Program-made: the position numbers and the translations under genes
Part shown: piece after piece, positions 1 to 14,175 of the stretch
Layout of the letters: each line of letters begins with the position of its first letter
How positions within the stretch are numbered: the first letter of the stretch is position 1
Assembly (NCBI RefSeq): GCF_009914755.1
Contig: NC_060929.1
DNA: 64,000 bases
Direction: 5' to 3' (one strand)
Source: the human T2T-CHM13v2.0 reference genome, Homo sapiens
The notes under the pieces: model-generated
Told to the model about the DNA's origin: nothing
Seen by the model: only the letters and a program-made list of their open reading frames with translations
Database searches by the model: none

Positions 1-809
1 TTTTTCTTGTTTGTTTTAACGGTAACCCAAAAATAAAAATAATATACTAGAAAGTCTCTTGAGAGGAGGATTTCTTAAAATGCTGCTATATCTGGCATGA
101 TGAAGCAACTACTCCACCAACTAAATTTGTAACTGGAAAGCAGAAAGTTCTTCAAAGTTCACACAGAATAAGAGCCTGGCCTCCCGGGCAGGAGGATGCC
201 ATCTGTTATCACCGTGACTTTCTGCCAGAATGATTGCTTTCTCATCCCTCCTAGGGAGGAGATTTTTAGGCAAGAACTACCAGCAGAATTGACTCTAATA
301 AATTTGAGGTTTTAGAACTTTTTCGTAATTCTGTAGTTTTCTTGGTATTGAATGGTTTAGTTAACAGAAATAAAATGGATTTTTGTTTTCGTTCTTTGCA
401 TCTCTTCTTATTTTGTGGGCATATAATCACCTTAACTTCTACCTAAAGCTGTTTGCTCTGCAGCTGGTAGGAAGACATTCTTGCTTGGCTGGACATAAAT
501 CCTCTGTATGCCATCTTTTAAAAATTCCTACCTCTGATGAATAAACAGAGAGCCATATGAATATAGTATTAAATTCAATATAAAAAGAGAAAGTGAGGGA
601 AATTTTAGCATACTATTAGGAATTGCTTTTTTCTAAATGTTTACTAACTTTCAGTATCTTATGCTTAGCCCATAGACTCTTCAAGACCATGACAACACTC
701 TGGAAACAAAATCCCAAGCAGAGATGCTAATGTTCTTTATTGTTGAATACTGCTCTTAGAATCACAGTTAATTTTTTCTTCTCTGGGAATACATGTATAA
801 ATATATCAA

Positions 810-868
810 TACTGCTCCATTTAATTAATAAAGCTATCAGTACTGTTCTATTTAATTAATAAAGCAAT
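810..868. repeat. 31-bp tandem duplication
   Basis: tactgctccatttaattaataaagctatcag followed directly by tactgttctatttaattaataaagcaat. Confidence 0.85.
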
Positions 869-1486
869 TATTTCTATTGATAAAGAAAACTATTTGCTTA
901 GAATGGTAGCTTAAGTCAACCCCATGGGCAAAAAAGCTACTTTAGTTGAAACTTGTTATGGTGTCTGGTTTACTACAATAAAATTGAAATTTCTTTAAAG
1001 TCATATTTTCCCTGCTGAGTGCTAAGGTTGTAACTGTGACAGTTAGGCTGTTTATGTTTGGGCCCTTTAAAAATTTTTATTGTCTTCCTGTCTTAAGTTG
1101 CTTGAAGTATGCAATAAACTTTCAATATTTAACACAGAGCCTTGCTTACCTTGGTAGGGAGGGGGCAAATTTCTTTCAAAACAGGATTGTAGTTTATTGC
1201 ATGTGGTTTGCAAAATCCTGTACGTAATTCTGATTCAGGGCTCCTTATATTTCCTCCCTACTCCCAGTATGAAAAGTGTCTCTTTAGAGTATCTCTTAGT
1301 TTGTGACAAACTTTAAAGCAAATAAACTATCCTTTCAATGAGGTAAAGGATGATACCAAATGTCATAATTCCAATAAATTGGAAAAATAACTGATTCTAA
1401 GAGCAGTATTCAACAACTTTCTAGAAAAAAACTTTCTAGAAAAAAAAGTCTGATCAGGTACCTCAAAAGTGTGATAAAAGAGGGAC

Positions 1487-1915
1487 TATATTAGATACTG
1501 TCAGCACTCTGTCTATATCTTCTCACCTTTATCTGTTCAATGCTCTCTGACCAAATTCCAACTGTATTTCTCTGCCAGGGGGCTTTCTCCACATTCTACA
1601 GCTCATTTTGCTGCCCATAAGGCAAGCTGGAAGAGGCAGAAATTATTTCCCTGTCTAGAAACAGCCTTCAACTAATGACTAACAAGGGCTGTTGTACAAA
1701 TAACCCAGGTTCCGCATCCCTCAGGTGGGATACACCTGAGACATGCATTTTACACTGGAACACAGCCTTCTCTGGAAAGATTAACCACTGGATACCCACA
1801 GTGTAACTTCCTTTATTTAAAAAATACTTTCTTGCCTATTTTCTTTTCTTCCTTGTTTCACCCCTTTATATTTCTGCTGGTGTTTCCCAGATTTACCTTC
1901 AATATAAACCACACC
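1487..1915 (+). mobile_element. ERV-L class LTR (LTR16-like), 3' end truncated
   Basis: Preceded by purine tract aaaagagggac; internal motifs (cagccttcaactaatgact, cccaggttcc...caggtgggatacacctgag, tttcccagatttaccttcaatataaacc) resemble the LTR16 family as recalled. Confidence 0.6.
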
Positions 1916-3823
1916 GTATGCTCCTGGAGTCCATCTCCAGGAAAAAGGTATATGGCTTTTAAAAAACAATTTTTGATCAGCCCCTGGTTGACATAAAACT
2001 CCTAAACATGGAACCCAGAGTCACTATGAGTTCAAAACTGCTTATTGTGCTGTTCAGTGAGCCCCACCAAATTACAAAGTTGGGTGGACCCAGTGACCGT
2101 CTACTGTACAACAGCAGCAGTACAAAAGTAGTATCTCTTCAGTGGATAAGCTGAACAACAAGGATACATGTGAGTTGGCCTAGACACAAGTTGGCCGTAA
2201 GTCAACGCCATCTATATCAAGCTTCACCTAGGGATAGCCCTGAAAAACAGTAGTGAAGGAAAATTCCCCCAAAAGGCAGGCCATCCACTTTGTGTTAGGG
2301 AAAAGTAGCCTGATATTAGAATATATACTAATCCATGGGCGGCGGTAGATGGTCTGACCAGCTGGTAAAAGGCCTGGAAAGAAAAAGGATTGGAAGGTTT
2401 GGGACAAGAAATTCTGGGGTTGAGGCATTTACCTGGACATTTGGCAGTGGGCACAAAGTGTGAAGATCTTAACATTCACTAGAGAGTGCAGACAATGGAA
2501 GAGACATTGAATGAACAAGTAGACAAAATATCTTGTTCAGTTGGCATCAGTCAGTCTCTCATTGGCCAACTCAGTGCTGGTATGATGGGCACATAAACAA
2601 TGTGGCCATTATGGTGGAGACGGAGGCTAGGCATTCCCACTCACCTATACTAACCTAGCTGGTGCCACCATTGACTTTCAGCTTGCTGGCAGCAGAAACC
2701 AATCAATGCTGAAAACATTAAATCACATCATTTCTCAAGGAGAGGCCAACCAGTCTCCTGGTGGCAAGGTGACCACATTAGGCCCCTTCTGCTTTAGAAA
2801 GTTCAGTGGTTTGTTTTTACAGAAACAGACTTACAAGATAGGGCTTATAGAACATTTGGCCCATCAGTCCAGGACTCCATATTATATCGTGTTGGACCAA
2901 AGAACCCACTTTGTAGCAAGAGAAATGCAGAAATGGAATCATCGCTAAGGCATTCACTGGTCAGATCACACACTGGTCAGATCAACCACAGCTTCTGGTT
3001 TGGGGTGGTGCAATGTATGATCTGATCATTGGAATAGCCTGCCAAAGACATGGCTGAAGTCCTAGCTCTGCTTTGCAAGGATGGAGCACCATCCTTCAAA
3101 AGACGCATATCAACATCGAGTAAAAGACTTTATATGGGGGTCTGTCCCCAAAAGGAAACTCTGAAAGGGTGGAAGCGGGAATGGCCCCACTTATGTTGCT
3201 TCCAATGGCCCACTGGGGGACTTTGGCTTTCCCCCATGCAACTCTGGGCTAGAGGTCTTGGTCTTCAAAAGGGGTACATTTTCACCATGGGACACAGAAA
3301 GAGCCTCATTATGCTATAAGCTACAGCCCCTCCCTGAGATCTGTGGGCTTCCTTTTTCCAGGAACCAGGAAATCATCCCTTGGTAGGGATGATTGACCTT
3401 GATCATCAGGAAGCTGTAAGGCTGTTATTAAAAAATGGGAGCAGGGAAGAATATGTTTGGCATACAAGGGATCTACTTGGCCTCTCTACATACTTCCTTG
3501 CTCAACTGTGACTGTAAATGGACAAATACAGCAACTCTGGACTGCAAAAGCATGGTAACCAGAAGCAGGGGCCCCCTAGTGATAAGGGTCTTTGTCATGC
3601 TGCAGCATACCTGGTAGCTGAGAGTAAGAGAACTTTGGATGCAATTGTGGCAGAAAGAAACAATGAGTAACAACTGTAACTCAATGCCAGCTGCAGTGGC
3701 TGAAATTCATCCTATTAACCTCTCACTTGTTTTTCCTTGAGAAGGAAGGCCCCCAGGAATCCTGGAGGAGCTGTTGCCTGAATGTGTATGAAGAAAGAAA
3801 CCTGTGTGGCACAAAGGGTGAGC
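1916..3823 (+). mobile_element. ERV-L internal remnant (RNase H, integrase, dUTPase pseudogene; HERV16/ERVL-type)
   Basis: Decayed translations SSEGKFPQKA and IYTNPWA..DGLTSW (RNase H), IVLDQRTHFVAREMQKW (integrase, cf. IASDQGTHFTAKEV), VGMIDLDHQEAVRLLLKNG (dUTPase); polypurine tract acaaagggtgagc at 3811-3823. Confidence 0.85.
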
Positions 3824-4095
3824 TGTGATAGCAACAGATTAGGACTGCTTACATCCCTATTCAGGGAAGGACACACTGCCCAGCTATGGGGAATGCAGTC
3901 AGCAGACAGCATCTAGCTGTCTGCTCCTTCAGGGTCTGTCTCAGCTACAGAAACCTGCACTGTAGGGAACATCCTTCAGATGACAGCTCCACATCTGGTG
4001 TCTAAGAGAAGCAAAGGCATAAAGACCCAGGCATTTTAGTCCAATGTGAGATAACTTTACTGAACAATATTCATTTCAGAGTTCCCTGCCAGGGC
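3824..4095 (+). mobile_element. 3' LTR of ERV-L element (LTR33/LTR16-like), partial
   Basis: Starts with TG immediately after the PPT; atccctattcagg...cccagctatggggaatg motif resembles LTR33/LTR16. Confidence 0.6.
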
Positions 4096-6429
4096 TTCTG
4101 CATTCTACTTTTACAAAGCAAAGATGCTGAAATACAAATAATTTATTATTTCAAAAAAAGAAGGAATATTTTGCATCCAAAGGTTTAGTGAGGAGTAAAG
4201 AGCTTGCTTACCTTCAAGGAAAACTTACTATATGATCCTCAATTTCTCCTTTAACCTTGAACTTGTGAAAATATTACCAAGGTAAGTGCATGACATATTC
4301 TAGCTGTTGGTCCCTTGGTGCAAAGACAGAGTTGTCCCAGAGGAGAAAGGAGGCTACATGAAGGCTATCACATATTTATTCCACTAGGCCAGGAGTCTTC
4401 CATTTTAACTTAAATGTAGCTATCTCATCTGTCAGATTGGACATATAAGCTCAAGCACAGTTATCAATAGGCTCAGTGAAGGACAAATAAATATGAAGCC
4501 CAGGTACAGAAAGGTAAAATCATTTGCATCTCTTCATGGTTTATCCTCAAAAAGTAACTCCTTCCATTGTGAGTGAAAATGGCAAATGTGTCCCTGAGCA
4601 TTCTCATAAGATAAACCTGATTTCTGGATTTTGAGATAGTACCAAAGGAACTATTACCACATAGGTAAGATGTCGTCACAGGTGAAGAAGATCTTTGTTG
4701 TCAGGTACCAATTAAGGAAGAAGCCAGTTTTCTGTCAATTACTTTGCTAAGTTCTTCCAGAAAATAGGATTGTGAAGTGTAAGCCAAATAAAATATTTTC
4801 TTAATAAAATATTTCAGCTTGGAAGTTGGTTCTGCTTTATCAAAGTAATAATAACCTTGGAAATAAAGTGTTTCTGCTTGCTAATAGCTCATATTAATAA
4901 TTAAACAGCTTGCTGTTTGCAGCATTTTAAAGAGAGACCCTTAGGTGGATGGTCATGTTTACAAAATGATTCAACTCTCCCAGTATTCTGAAAATATGAT
5001 TGTCCATTTCATTGTAAGATTATTTTATTATTTGGTTTCTGACTCTTCTGTAAAGTTGTCTTCAGCTATTTCAATATCTGTCTTTTAGCTTCCTGATTAT
5101 TTTCCATTTTTAAAAATTATGTCCTTTTCCTAAGCCTTAATGAGAAAGAAATGTCCAAGGCAAACATGTTGGCTAGAGTTGATATTGTATTTGGCATTAA
5201 TTCACGGTATAGAAGTTGATTATCCAAGAAGCACGTTTGATTCAACACTGCAGGTCATACGGGCAGCCAATTAATTACGTTTTCATACTGATCTGCACCA
5301 AGTTCCATAAGCTTGCCCAGGGTGGTGGTGTTTGAATTGATGTTTCAGTGACAAGTATCACACTGATGAGATGAATAGCTTAGTCAAATTTACAAACTCA
5401 GGTGTGAAATGTATTGCATTTCGGCAATTCCTGGGAACTCTAAACATATTTAAAACAAATGAAGTGGAAACTCTCTTTCCTGGGGATAATGCTTTTAATT
5501 TTTCCTAATTTTCTAGCATGAACATTAAAAGAAGTTCATAGAGCTATGTAAAATAATACCAACCTATAAACTCATGAAATTATTCTGAGGTAATATGGAA
5601 AATTTATAATAAATGTTAAAGGTACAATTACCACTGCTATCCTGAAATATCTTCTTAGGAAGCCAGGGTATGCATACTGTATCAGAGCAGTTATAGCAAT
5701 TAATGCTTGAGAAGGACAGGTATTAATTTTTAAGTTCTGGTAAAAGTTTTTGATTCACTTAACTTGCATTAATGGACCTAAGGTACTTGGTTCAACTTTT
5801 TAAAACTGTAGAATAATAAACCTTAGTGATAATTTATTACAGAGAAAATATTCCCTGTAATAAATTGTAATGGGAATGAAAACAATAAAACTTTTAAACG
5901 ATTTGGAAAATAGAAATAGTAGAAACTATTTTAAGTTATTTGGAAAATAGGAATAATAGACATTCATGAATAAACTCATTTAAAATGGGTTTGCTTCTGT
6001 TATGAGTTAGAAATAGGATTCCATGGAAAAAAAAAAAAAAAACCTTTTTGAATTGTTTGAATTAGGTTAGTCCTTTAGTTGGAACATTGAGAACCTAGTA
6101 GCCTTTTAATCAGTCTTTCTCCAGGGCGGCACATCTGCGATTGGAAACGGGAGAGTGGAACTAATTCAAATCTTTTCAAAAAGTGGTTAATAAGCAGGAA
6201 AAAATGGGATGGTAACCATGGAGAAGATAAGTGGCTATCACATTGATGTGTTAAATGTTGCTGACTGACTCCAAAACAGAACAAGAAGAAAAGAACCAGT
6301 TTGTCTAAGATTACCCCACTGCCTAAATCAGGGTCCTGTTTAGAGCAGGCCCATCTGCTGATCTTCTGAAGCCCTTCCAATGGTGCATGCTTTGACAAAT
6401 GCTTGGAGACAGGACTGTTTTTATACAGT

Positions 6430-6560
6430 ATCGCATATTAGGTATAGCTTTTGGGTAACTAACAAATTCTTTGAACCTTAGTTTTTACCATCTATAAAAT
6501 AATTATCATTTTCCTACTAACTTCCAGCAGAATTTTAAAAGTTTTAATAGGTTAGTAAAA
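6430..6560 (+). mobile_element. MIR SINE relic
   Basis: MIR core-like ttgggtaactaac...ttgaaccttagtttttaccatctataaaat. Confidence 0.55.
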
Positions 6561-6731
6561 ATGGGATTTCTCAAAAACTTGTGTCTGCATGCCCTTCTAG
6601 TTTTACCTTCTCCACTAATTACCTCATTCTTGCAATATTTTCTAGTACACATTTTAAAGACAGGGAAGCTGACAGACCATGTTCTTACACTAGCTTTCTT
6701 TGCAGGTTGCCTCTAGGGCTTTAGATTGAGA

Positions 6732-7116
6732 TGTTATCATGGACTGAACTGTGTCCCTGCAAAATTCATACGTTGAAGCCCCAGCTCCCAGTGTGGCTGT
6801 AGTTGGAGATAAGACTTTTTTAAGGAGGTAATCAAGCTTAAATGAAGTCATAAAGGTGGAGCTCTAATCCAACAGGGTCGATGCCCTCATAAGAAGAGGA
6901 AGAGACATCAAGAGTGCACATGCACAGAGAAAAGGCCATGTGAAGTCACAAGAAGATGGCTGTCTGCAGGCAAAGGGGAGAGGCCTCACCAGAGACTAAT
7001 CCTGCCAGCACCATAATCTTCAACTTCCAGTCTCCAGAACTTTAAGAAAATAAATTTATGTTGTTTGAGCCCATCAATCTTGTACTTTGTTGTAGTAGCC
7101 TGAGCAGAGGAATTCA
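6732..7116 (+). mobile_element. MaLR solo LTR (MLT1A/MLT1A0)
   Basis: tgttatcatggactgaactgtgtccc...ggaggtaatcaagcttaaatgaagtcat...cttccagtctccagaact...aataaattt; TG...CA ends. Confidence 0.85.
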
Positions 7117-7694
7117 TCTGGATTGACTTCTTGTTGGTCTGGTGTTTATTGTATTCTGCCTGAAATGGGTTGCAGACTTACCAAATGTGACAGATCTTGT
7201 ACCATGTACATGTACACAGCTAAGTGTTCTTGAGAGGGCACTTTCTAAAAGACTTTATACTCAGCTTATTAGAGAGGATTCACCTATAATTATTTTATAG
7301 TTAACAGCAATATAATCTTTGCTTATTCTTTGCTTATATTTCAGTTTCTATTTCTCACCAAGCCCATGGAAAATGTTTCTTATTAAAGCAAAACTGAAAT
7401 TGGTTTCCCTTTACAGGTAGAAAACCAAGGGTTGTTATCTCTTCTTCACTGAGGATAAATTCATTCCATTACTGCTAAAACATTCTCAGAACAGGGTTCC
7501 TAAAGCAAACACCTGAGTCCTCCTCTTAAGTGTCCCCATATTCCCACTTTCAGGATCCATCAACCAAGGATACAAGAAGATTATACTAATGTTCACATTC
7601 AGTAGTCTGGCTCAGTACTTTCTAGGGAATTTGCTGGAACCTCAATTTTACTTACCTCAAAATTTTATTCTTTGACTTTTTGCTAGTATTTTTA

Positions 7695-7952
7695 AGTGTG
7701 ATATTATTGTGTTAATATTTTTAAGTTTTAAAGAAGAAACCCTATTTTTTGGAGACACTGAAGTGTTTATAGATTAAATGACAAGGTATCTGGGATTTGC
7801 TTCAAAATTCAGGGTGAGTTGGCGGATGGGAATTATAGATATAAGAAGTTTGGTCATGAGTGGAGGATTTTTGAAGCTTCACCATTGGTACAAAGAAGTT
7901 CATACGTATATACTTTTTTCATATCTTGTATAAATTTGAAAATTTTTACAAG
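7695..7952 (+). mobile_element. Old LINE-1 3' end fragment (L1MC/L1ME type)
   Basis: tctgggatttgcttcaaaat...ttggtcatgagt...gtataaatttgaaaatttttacaa, typical of old L1M 3' UTRs. Confidence 0.7.
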
Positions 7953-9759
7953 TCAAATAGTTTTGCCTCTTTCCAGAGAAAGAGACTTCAGGAGTATGCA
8001 TTTCAAAAGGCCATGGCTAATTCATCAAGGTTATCAAAGCTTATGGCATTTCTGATTTTTGACCTTGTCCCCATGATACTTACTCCTGTCACACTGAGGC
8101 AAGGCTCTTCAGCCTCTTTCTAGCAAACACTTGACTGAAGTCATGATCTATTACCAGTAATAGATCTTTCATGACAGGTTCTCACCTACCCTTAGTTTTT
8201 ACCTCATTCTCAGAAGTCCAGCTCTCTGTATATTAGGCTTTTTTAGTTCATATCAATCAGCTCCCTATTGGGGGTCTAGGATTGAATTATCAGTTGACTG
8301 ACAATCCATCTTAGTACACTCAAAGTAATTCTCTTTGCTAATTCTCCTAACCATCCCTACCTCCTGTTTTCTCTTGTCCACCCCCAATGAGTGTTGGACA
8401 AATTTCTGGTCCTTGATTCTCTATAGCTGCAGTGAACATCCATTTCCTCCAATATTCTCTCTGGGAGGTCAAAAGTTGACTTTTGTTCTCCAACTGCTTA
8501 GAGACAAATTCTTATCTCTCACTCAGCATGTAAACCCTTATTCAAACAAAGTTCCTGTTGGCCCCATGCCATGCTAGCCCCTACAATTAATTCTTAATTA
8601 CCTGAATTCCTAGTATCTACACACACAGAGAGAAATATATTAATTCTAAAATCATTCTGAATAATATTCTTGATTCTTGGTTAACCCAATTTTACATTAT
8701 CCTTGGAACCAGAGACATATTTGGAGAGACTGATATTCTGCATAGCTGCTAGTTATAATTCCACAAAAATAGGCACCTGCTGACCAAAAGTTGGTTTTAG
8801 ATTAGTTTTTAAATGGTTCTGGTGTTAAGCTTGTAAACAAAGCCCAAATGGTTTTGGGTACTAGAACTTTAACATGATTTTCTTTTTTCCCTAAGAACAT
8901 AATGTTCTTTGGAGACACAAGGAAGCTTTGAGGCTGGAGCAGGCAGCTTCCCCGGAAAGACCATATGTTCAACATTGACATGGAGGCTGGTATGGCAAGA
9001 GTGGGTGGAGTGCACTGCCATACCAACCTGGCATTCAGAATCCCAAATAACATGTTGTGGTCTTGAAGACAGCTAGAATTATGCTACCAACCTTTCTTCT
9101 CTTGAACTTACTCCTGTGTCCTTTGAAAAGTCTACCTTGGTAAAGTTTATTCAAGAGACAAAACAGTTTCCTAGTAACAACTCAATTTGATAAATTGAAA
9201 TTGAAGCCTCACTCTATGCATTAGAAATGAATGATTGCATTTATTGAATGATATCCTTCCAAGAAGAACAGTTTGATTCTGATTCATTCCTAAGTACTTA
9301 TTTTTCTTTGACTAGTCATCCCTGAGCAAGGAGAATATTAAGACTATTTAGAGATTAATGAAACTTTAATTATACTGTGATACGTGAATTACTTGGACAT
9401 GAAGTAGCTTCTTGGGGGTGCTGTTAAGGAGTGGGAGAAGCAAGGTACAGAACGTTTTCCTATGAAAGAGAAATATTTCTCTCAAGGCTAGATACAGTTG
9501 GGAAAAGATTTCAGGAAAACCATGGCCTGGCTTTATATGATAAACTCCCTGATAGATGGTTTCCTTCCCGAAAGTAAAGGTCCTTGGTAAAGCTAGCCCA
9601 CACCTTCCTGTGGTAATCTTAGTGGTGTTCAAAACATTTATATGCAGATAGTTCTTCATAACTAACCTTCTTTCTTCCTTATTTCCTCTTTTGCAGGCCT
9701 GGAGGAAATGGAACCCGCTGTCATTCTTCTTCATTCACATAAATGAAAACAGTCTTTTT

Positions 9760-10040
9760 GTATCCAAGTTAAATAACCACAACTTCTTAAATATTTATTG
9801 AAAGGGCCTGTCTTCTAATCCTTTTATTGTTTTTATTTTATTTTTCCCTTGGGTTTTTAATCAATTTTCTACATGTATGTCTAAGTTGTAAGACTCCCAA
9901 TAGACAAAACACATAGTACTCTAAGTCTTAAATAATATTTAAATGAACAAATAATGTATCTTTCTTATTTCTTTTATTTCAGACTAACACATTGAAATTC
10001 ATAGTCAGTGTGTGGCATATTATAACCCCTGGATTTTCTG
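9760..10040 (-). mobile_element. Possible CR1/L3 relic
   Basis: Weak resemblance (ttaaataaccacaacttctt...acacatagtactctaag...tataacccctggattttc) to reverse-strand L3. Confidence 0.3.
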
Positions 10041-13000
10041 CCACAATCCTGAAAAACAAATAACATGAGTTCCATAAACTTTCTGAGATATTTGCATGTT
10101 CATATTTTAAAATCCTGAGTTGCCTGCTGATTTTTAGTTAGTTAATTTGAAAGCTCATCATTTTATTTTTAAGTGCACTATTTTTTCTGTTTTTTAGTAA
10201 AATTGAGTTAAAATTTAGTTAAAATTATGTGAACATCAGTAATAAAGCTGAGAATCAGAATTTAAGAATCCCATCACCTTATCCCTTTAAACTTAATTCA
10301 AACTCTCACACATGTTTACCACACTAATATAAGGAGAGAGATAAAATATCAAGAATTTTCCACTTCATGATATAACTGAGCCATCAGGTTTTTAACTGTG
10401 GTATCATTTTGTTTCAAGGAACGTGATTTGCTAAGGGAATATTCAAGTGATGCTGTGATCAAAAATATTCAAACCAACCAAAGCATAATTTCCTAAAATT
10501 ACAGTCTGTGTTTGTTTTTTCATGATGTACCACAGGAATATTGTCAAGCTTCATCCCCAAATTCTTGCCTGTCACTTCTTTCATTCAACACAGCTCTTTT
10601 TGTGCCTCTTTTAAATTTGTTCTAAAAATTGTTCATCATTTTTCTCATTATTCTTGTTCCTTTCTGTCTTTTAGTACTTGCAGCCTTATTTTGTCCAAGA
10701 CAGTATTTTTAAAACAGCTCCTAGATCCTACTGGCTTTACGTTAAACTTTAATTAGTATTTCTTATTGTCCTTTTGATCTCTTCTCTGAAACACGGATTT
10801 GGATGAGGGATCAGGGTAGAATATAAGCATAAATGAGTGGCTTTGGGGAAAACAAGACAATCAGCTGTTAGCTGAGGGACTTTTTTACAACATTCCCTTA
10901 AGAACTGTGAAGTCGCTTCATTTTTTATTCCAGTAGAGGCAAATATGAACCATAGGTCGAATTATATATACAACAGAATTCTCTTTCTCTGTCTCTCTCT
11001 TTTTTCTTTCTTTTGGAGCAGACTAGTAAAAGCTGCTAGTATGGAATTTATCTTTCTGGTACTGATATCTAGAGCCCTGAATACCTTTTCTCACACCCAT
11101 ACAGAGCACTGGGATCAATGCTGTGGGAAGTCAGGTGTGGGAAGCACAGGTACAGAATGTACAGAAATTTATCATTTCATAGTTCTACACAGCACACCTT
11201 AGTAAATCAGTTCACATATTGCAAGTTCATCCACATATAATCTATCTTCCGTACCTCATCGCACTCCTAAGAAGCAGGTAGGGTGATCCCCAGGCAAAAG
11301 AGGTCAGAAAAGTTAAAGGACTCTTCCAAGCTCACTCACTAGTAAGTCACTGAGCAGCTATTCAGACACTGTCCATTGTTTTTCCCGTTAGTTTTGAGCC
11401 TCTCACAGGAGGCTTGTTAACAACTCACAGCATGTTATTATTGGATGGAATTCTCTTGATAGGAATTGTCTGGGATATTATTCATAAATTCTAATAATAC
11501 TGTGAGATTGGTGACAAGTGGAGATGCCTCCTTTTTATACACACAAATTATGTCACTAAACAGCAAAACGACTTGTTCAAAGGACAAGAATAAGTTCACA
11601 TCACTGGACAATACTGTCTGTGTGAGACTAAGGAAATTGGTTTATGAGAATCAAGAATCCCATCAAGCTCAGATGTCTTCATTGTTAGACACTGTTAGAC
11701 CCACTGTATGTTCCAAATAAATACATGTAGTAAACCTGAATTGGTGTTTTGAGTTGACACCACAGTTAAATGATGTAATTAACTTCCCGAATATAGAAGA
11801 GTAAGCCACAGAACAAGCCCACCACATCATCTTGAAATTATGGAATTCATGCACAGTAACTATAAAATTGTTCAGGCTGTCAACAAGATTCCATGAGGTG
11901 TCCTAGACAGACTCTCTGATTGCTAATAACCTCAAGTGATTGAGAAGACATTACACTAGTTTTCTCAGGTATCAAGGAAAGGGATTACCCTGGATGTCCC
12001 CACATCTTGGCTAAAACCACTGGTGCAAAGTCATCCCAGTTAACTTGATGGTAATTGTGTTTTACAGAAGTATCTTTCAATTAAAAAAGATTTAAGACTG
12101 AATATAAAAGTGTTCAAGAGCATCCAGATAATACTGTAAATAATTTTGTATTAAAAAATGAGAAAATATTAGGAATTTTAAATAGTTTTTAACAGAATTT
12201 TTGCCCGTCAGAGTGATGGCCTCAAAAATTCATATTCAGATCTATAATTGAGTGACTAATTAAGACTTGTGACTTTAAGGGGGAAATCTCCCCTATTTTA
12301 TGTATTATTTTGAAACCGGTAAAAGTGCAAAGTTCCAAAATATTTTTAAGTTGATTAGCTCTGTAAGTATAATTTGAATGTAAGTATAATTGAAAGGAAT
12401 TTTTATTTATTTCAGGGAAGATAACTTGAAAATAAAATAAAATATAAAATGCAGTTTTATATTTTTGAACCAAGTTTTGAAATGGGAACCCTTTCAACAA
12501 AATGATTTTTAAAAATTTCCTAGACATAGAGTAACAACATTTGGAGGCTAAAGTTACCATCTTAAGGAATTATTGGATTTTTACATCTAAAACTTTAAAA
12601 AGTTAACTATGTTTTAAACGAAAGTAAAAGCTCTGCATGTTCTTTCCTCAGCACAAAAATTACTCTCAAGGGCACAGAAAAATCTTATCAATGCCACACT
12701 AATCTATTTATTTTAGTATTTTTAAATTAATTTTTCTGTGAATATTTCCATTTGCTTTGCCATAACTCCCTAAGAAAAATCTGGAGAATACTGACTCCCA
12801 TTAAGCATGCAAAATTTTACCATATGGAAAGGTAATATTAAAACCTGGCACCGAAATGATAGCTTCCTTGCAGACATCATTGTGAGTCAAGGAAGCTTAA
12901 AAAGCATAGAGGAATAGGGAAGGAAGAGGCTTATACAGCTCACCACATCAATGCCCCAAAGTCCCACCCATCTCCTTTCACACACTGAACACAGGTACAG

Positions 13001-13385
13001 GTGTACAAGCATCATTCTCAAGGAAATGGTTCCACCCAAATTAATATTTCAGAATCTCATCTAATTTCCATTTTGCGTTTGGTTTATGTATCCAAGATTT
13101 TGTTGCTAAAAACAAAAACATGGAGAATGCCAAATAACTGTGAAAGAATTATATTTCTGCTAATTCTTTGATTTACAAAATCTTTGTTCCATTTTAATTC
13201 TACAAAAGTTTATTTCATGTAAGGGAGACATGTAGTCTACAGTTTTGCCCGTTTTGCCACAATTTCAATTTCAATTTGGGAAGTTTTCAAGGAATAAACT
13301 TGTATTGAGTGTCGGTTATATGGGTAAAGAAGTTGAAAGTGTTTCTCCTTTCTGAGACAGACAAGGGACTGCTTATCCACCCTCT

Positions 13386-13428
13386 TGTCTGTGTGTGGGT
13401 GTGTGTGTACTCTTGTGTGTATGTGTGC
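13386..13428. repeat. Degenerate (TG)n microsatellite
   Basis: tgtctgtgtgtgggtgtgtgtgtactcttgtgtgtatgtgtgc. Confidence 0.8.
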
Positions 13429-14175
13429 TTTTGGATGGAGAGGCTTCAGATTTGTGATCTTTCAACCTGAAGTCAGACTTTCCAGGACATTATCATTCCT
13501 TTAATTATCCTGTAGTATTCAAGGAGCTTTCCTGAGATCCTAGTGAGGGTACTACAGAACACAGACAGTTTCTAAGTATGACGTCATCCAGTTCAGTAAA
13601 GTGTGGTGGCCATCGGTGTGTGGTCATCATAGTGTAGGAGTTATCCTCTTTGCTTAAAGTAGTTTATGTTAAAAATAAAAAAAACCTGAGAATAACACCA
13701 TTTGCTCATAAATTAGTTCTGTAATCTGAGGGTCAGTTAGGAATTCAGTGACAGATTTTAGGTAGAAAGAGTCCATATACAGAATTAGTTGCTTACAAAA
13801 GCATCAGAAGGGCTGAAAATGGGCTTTAGATTGGGGCTACAGGAAGAGAACAGTCTCAACAAGACAAGGAGGGGAAATTGAGAAGCTAACCAGAGACCTT
13901 TGAAGTTTAGAAATACCACTTTAGCTGCGGCAGGGACCAAGAAGCTCCTGACATGACTATTGTGTCCAGAGTCATGTGACAACTGTTGGGTCTACACTGG
14001 GAGGAAATGGATGCCAGTCTCTACAACCCATGAAGTTTATTTTTTGACAGTGGGAATTTTATTAACATTGTTTATGAGAAAGTCAGAGCCTCTACAACAA
14101 AAACCTCGGAAGTGCAGCCTTTGTTTTATTTCCGCTTCCAAATATTCTGAGAGTGCAAATGATTTTAAAAATCTA

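Noticed and set aside
810-868. Short direct repeats (also 1416-1446, 2955-2984, 20003-20076) as a CRISPR-like array
   Set aside because: Only two adjacent copies each, no spacers, eukaryotic context; ordinary tandem duplications
9366-9734. 122-aa minus-strand ORF
   Set aside because: No recognisable domain or coding-like composition; length compatible with chance. A strong + strand acceptor at ~9696 has no supported partner
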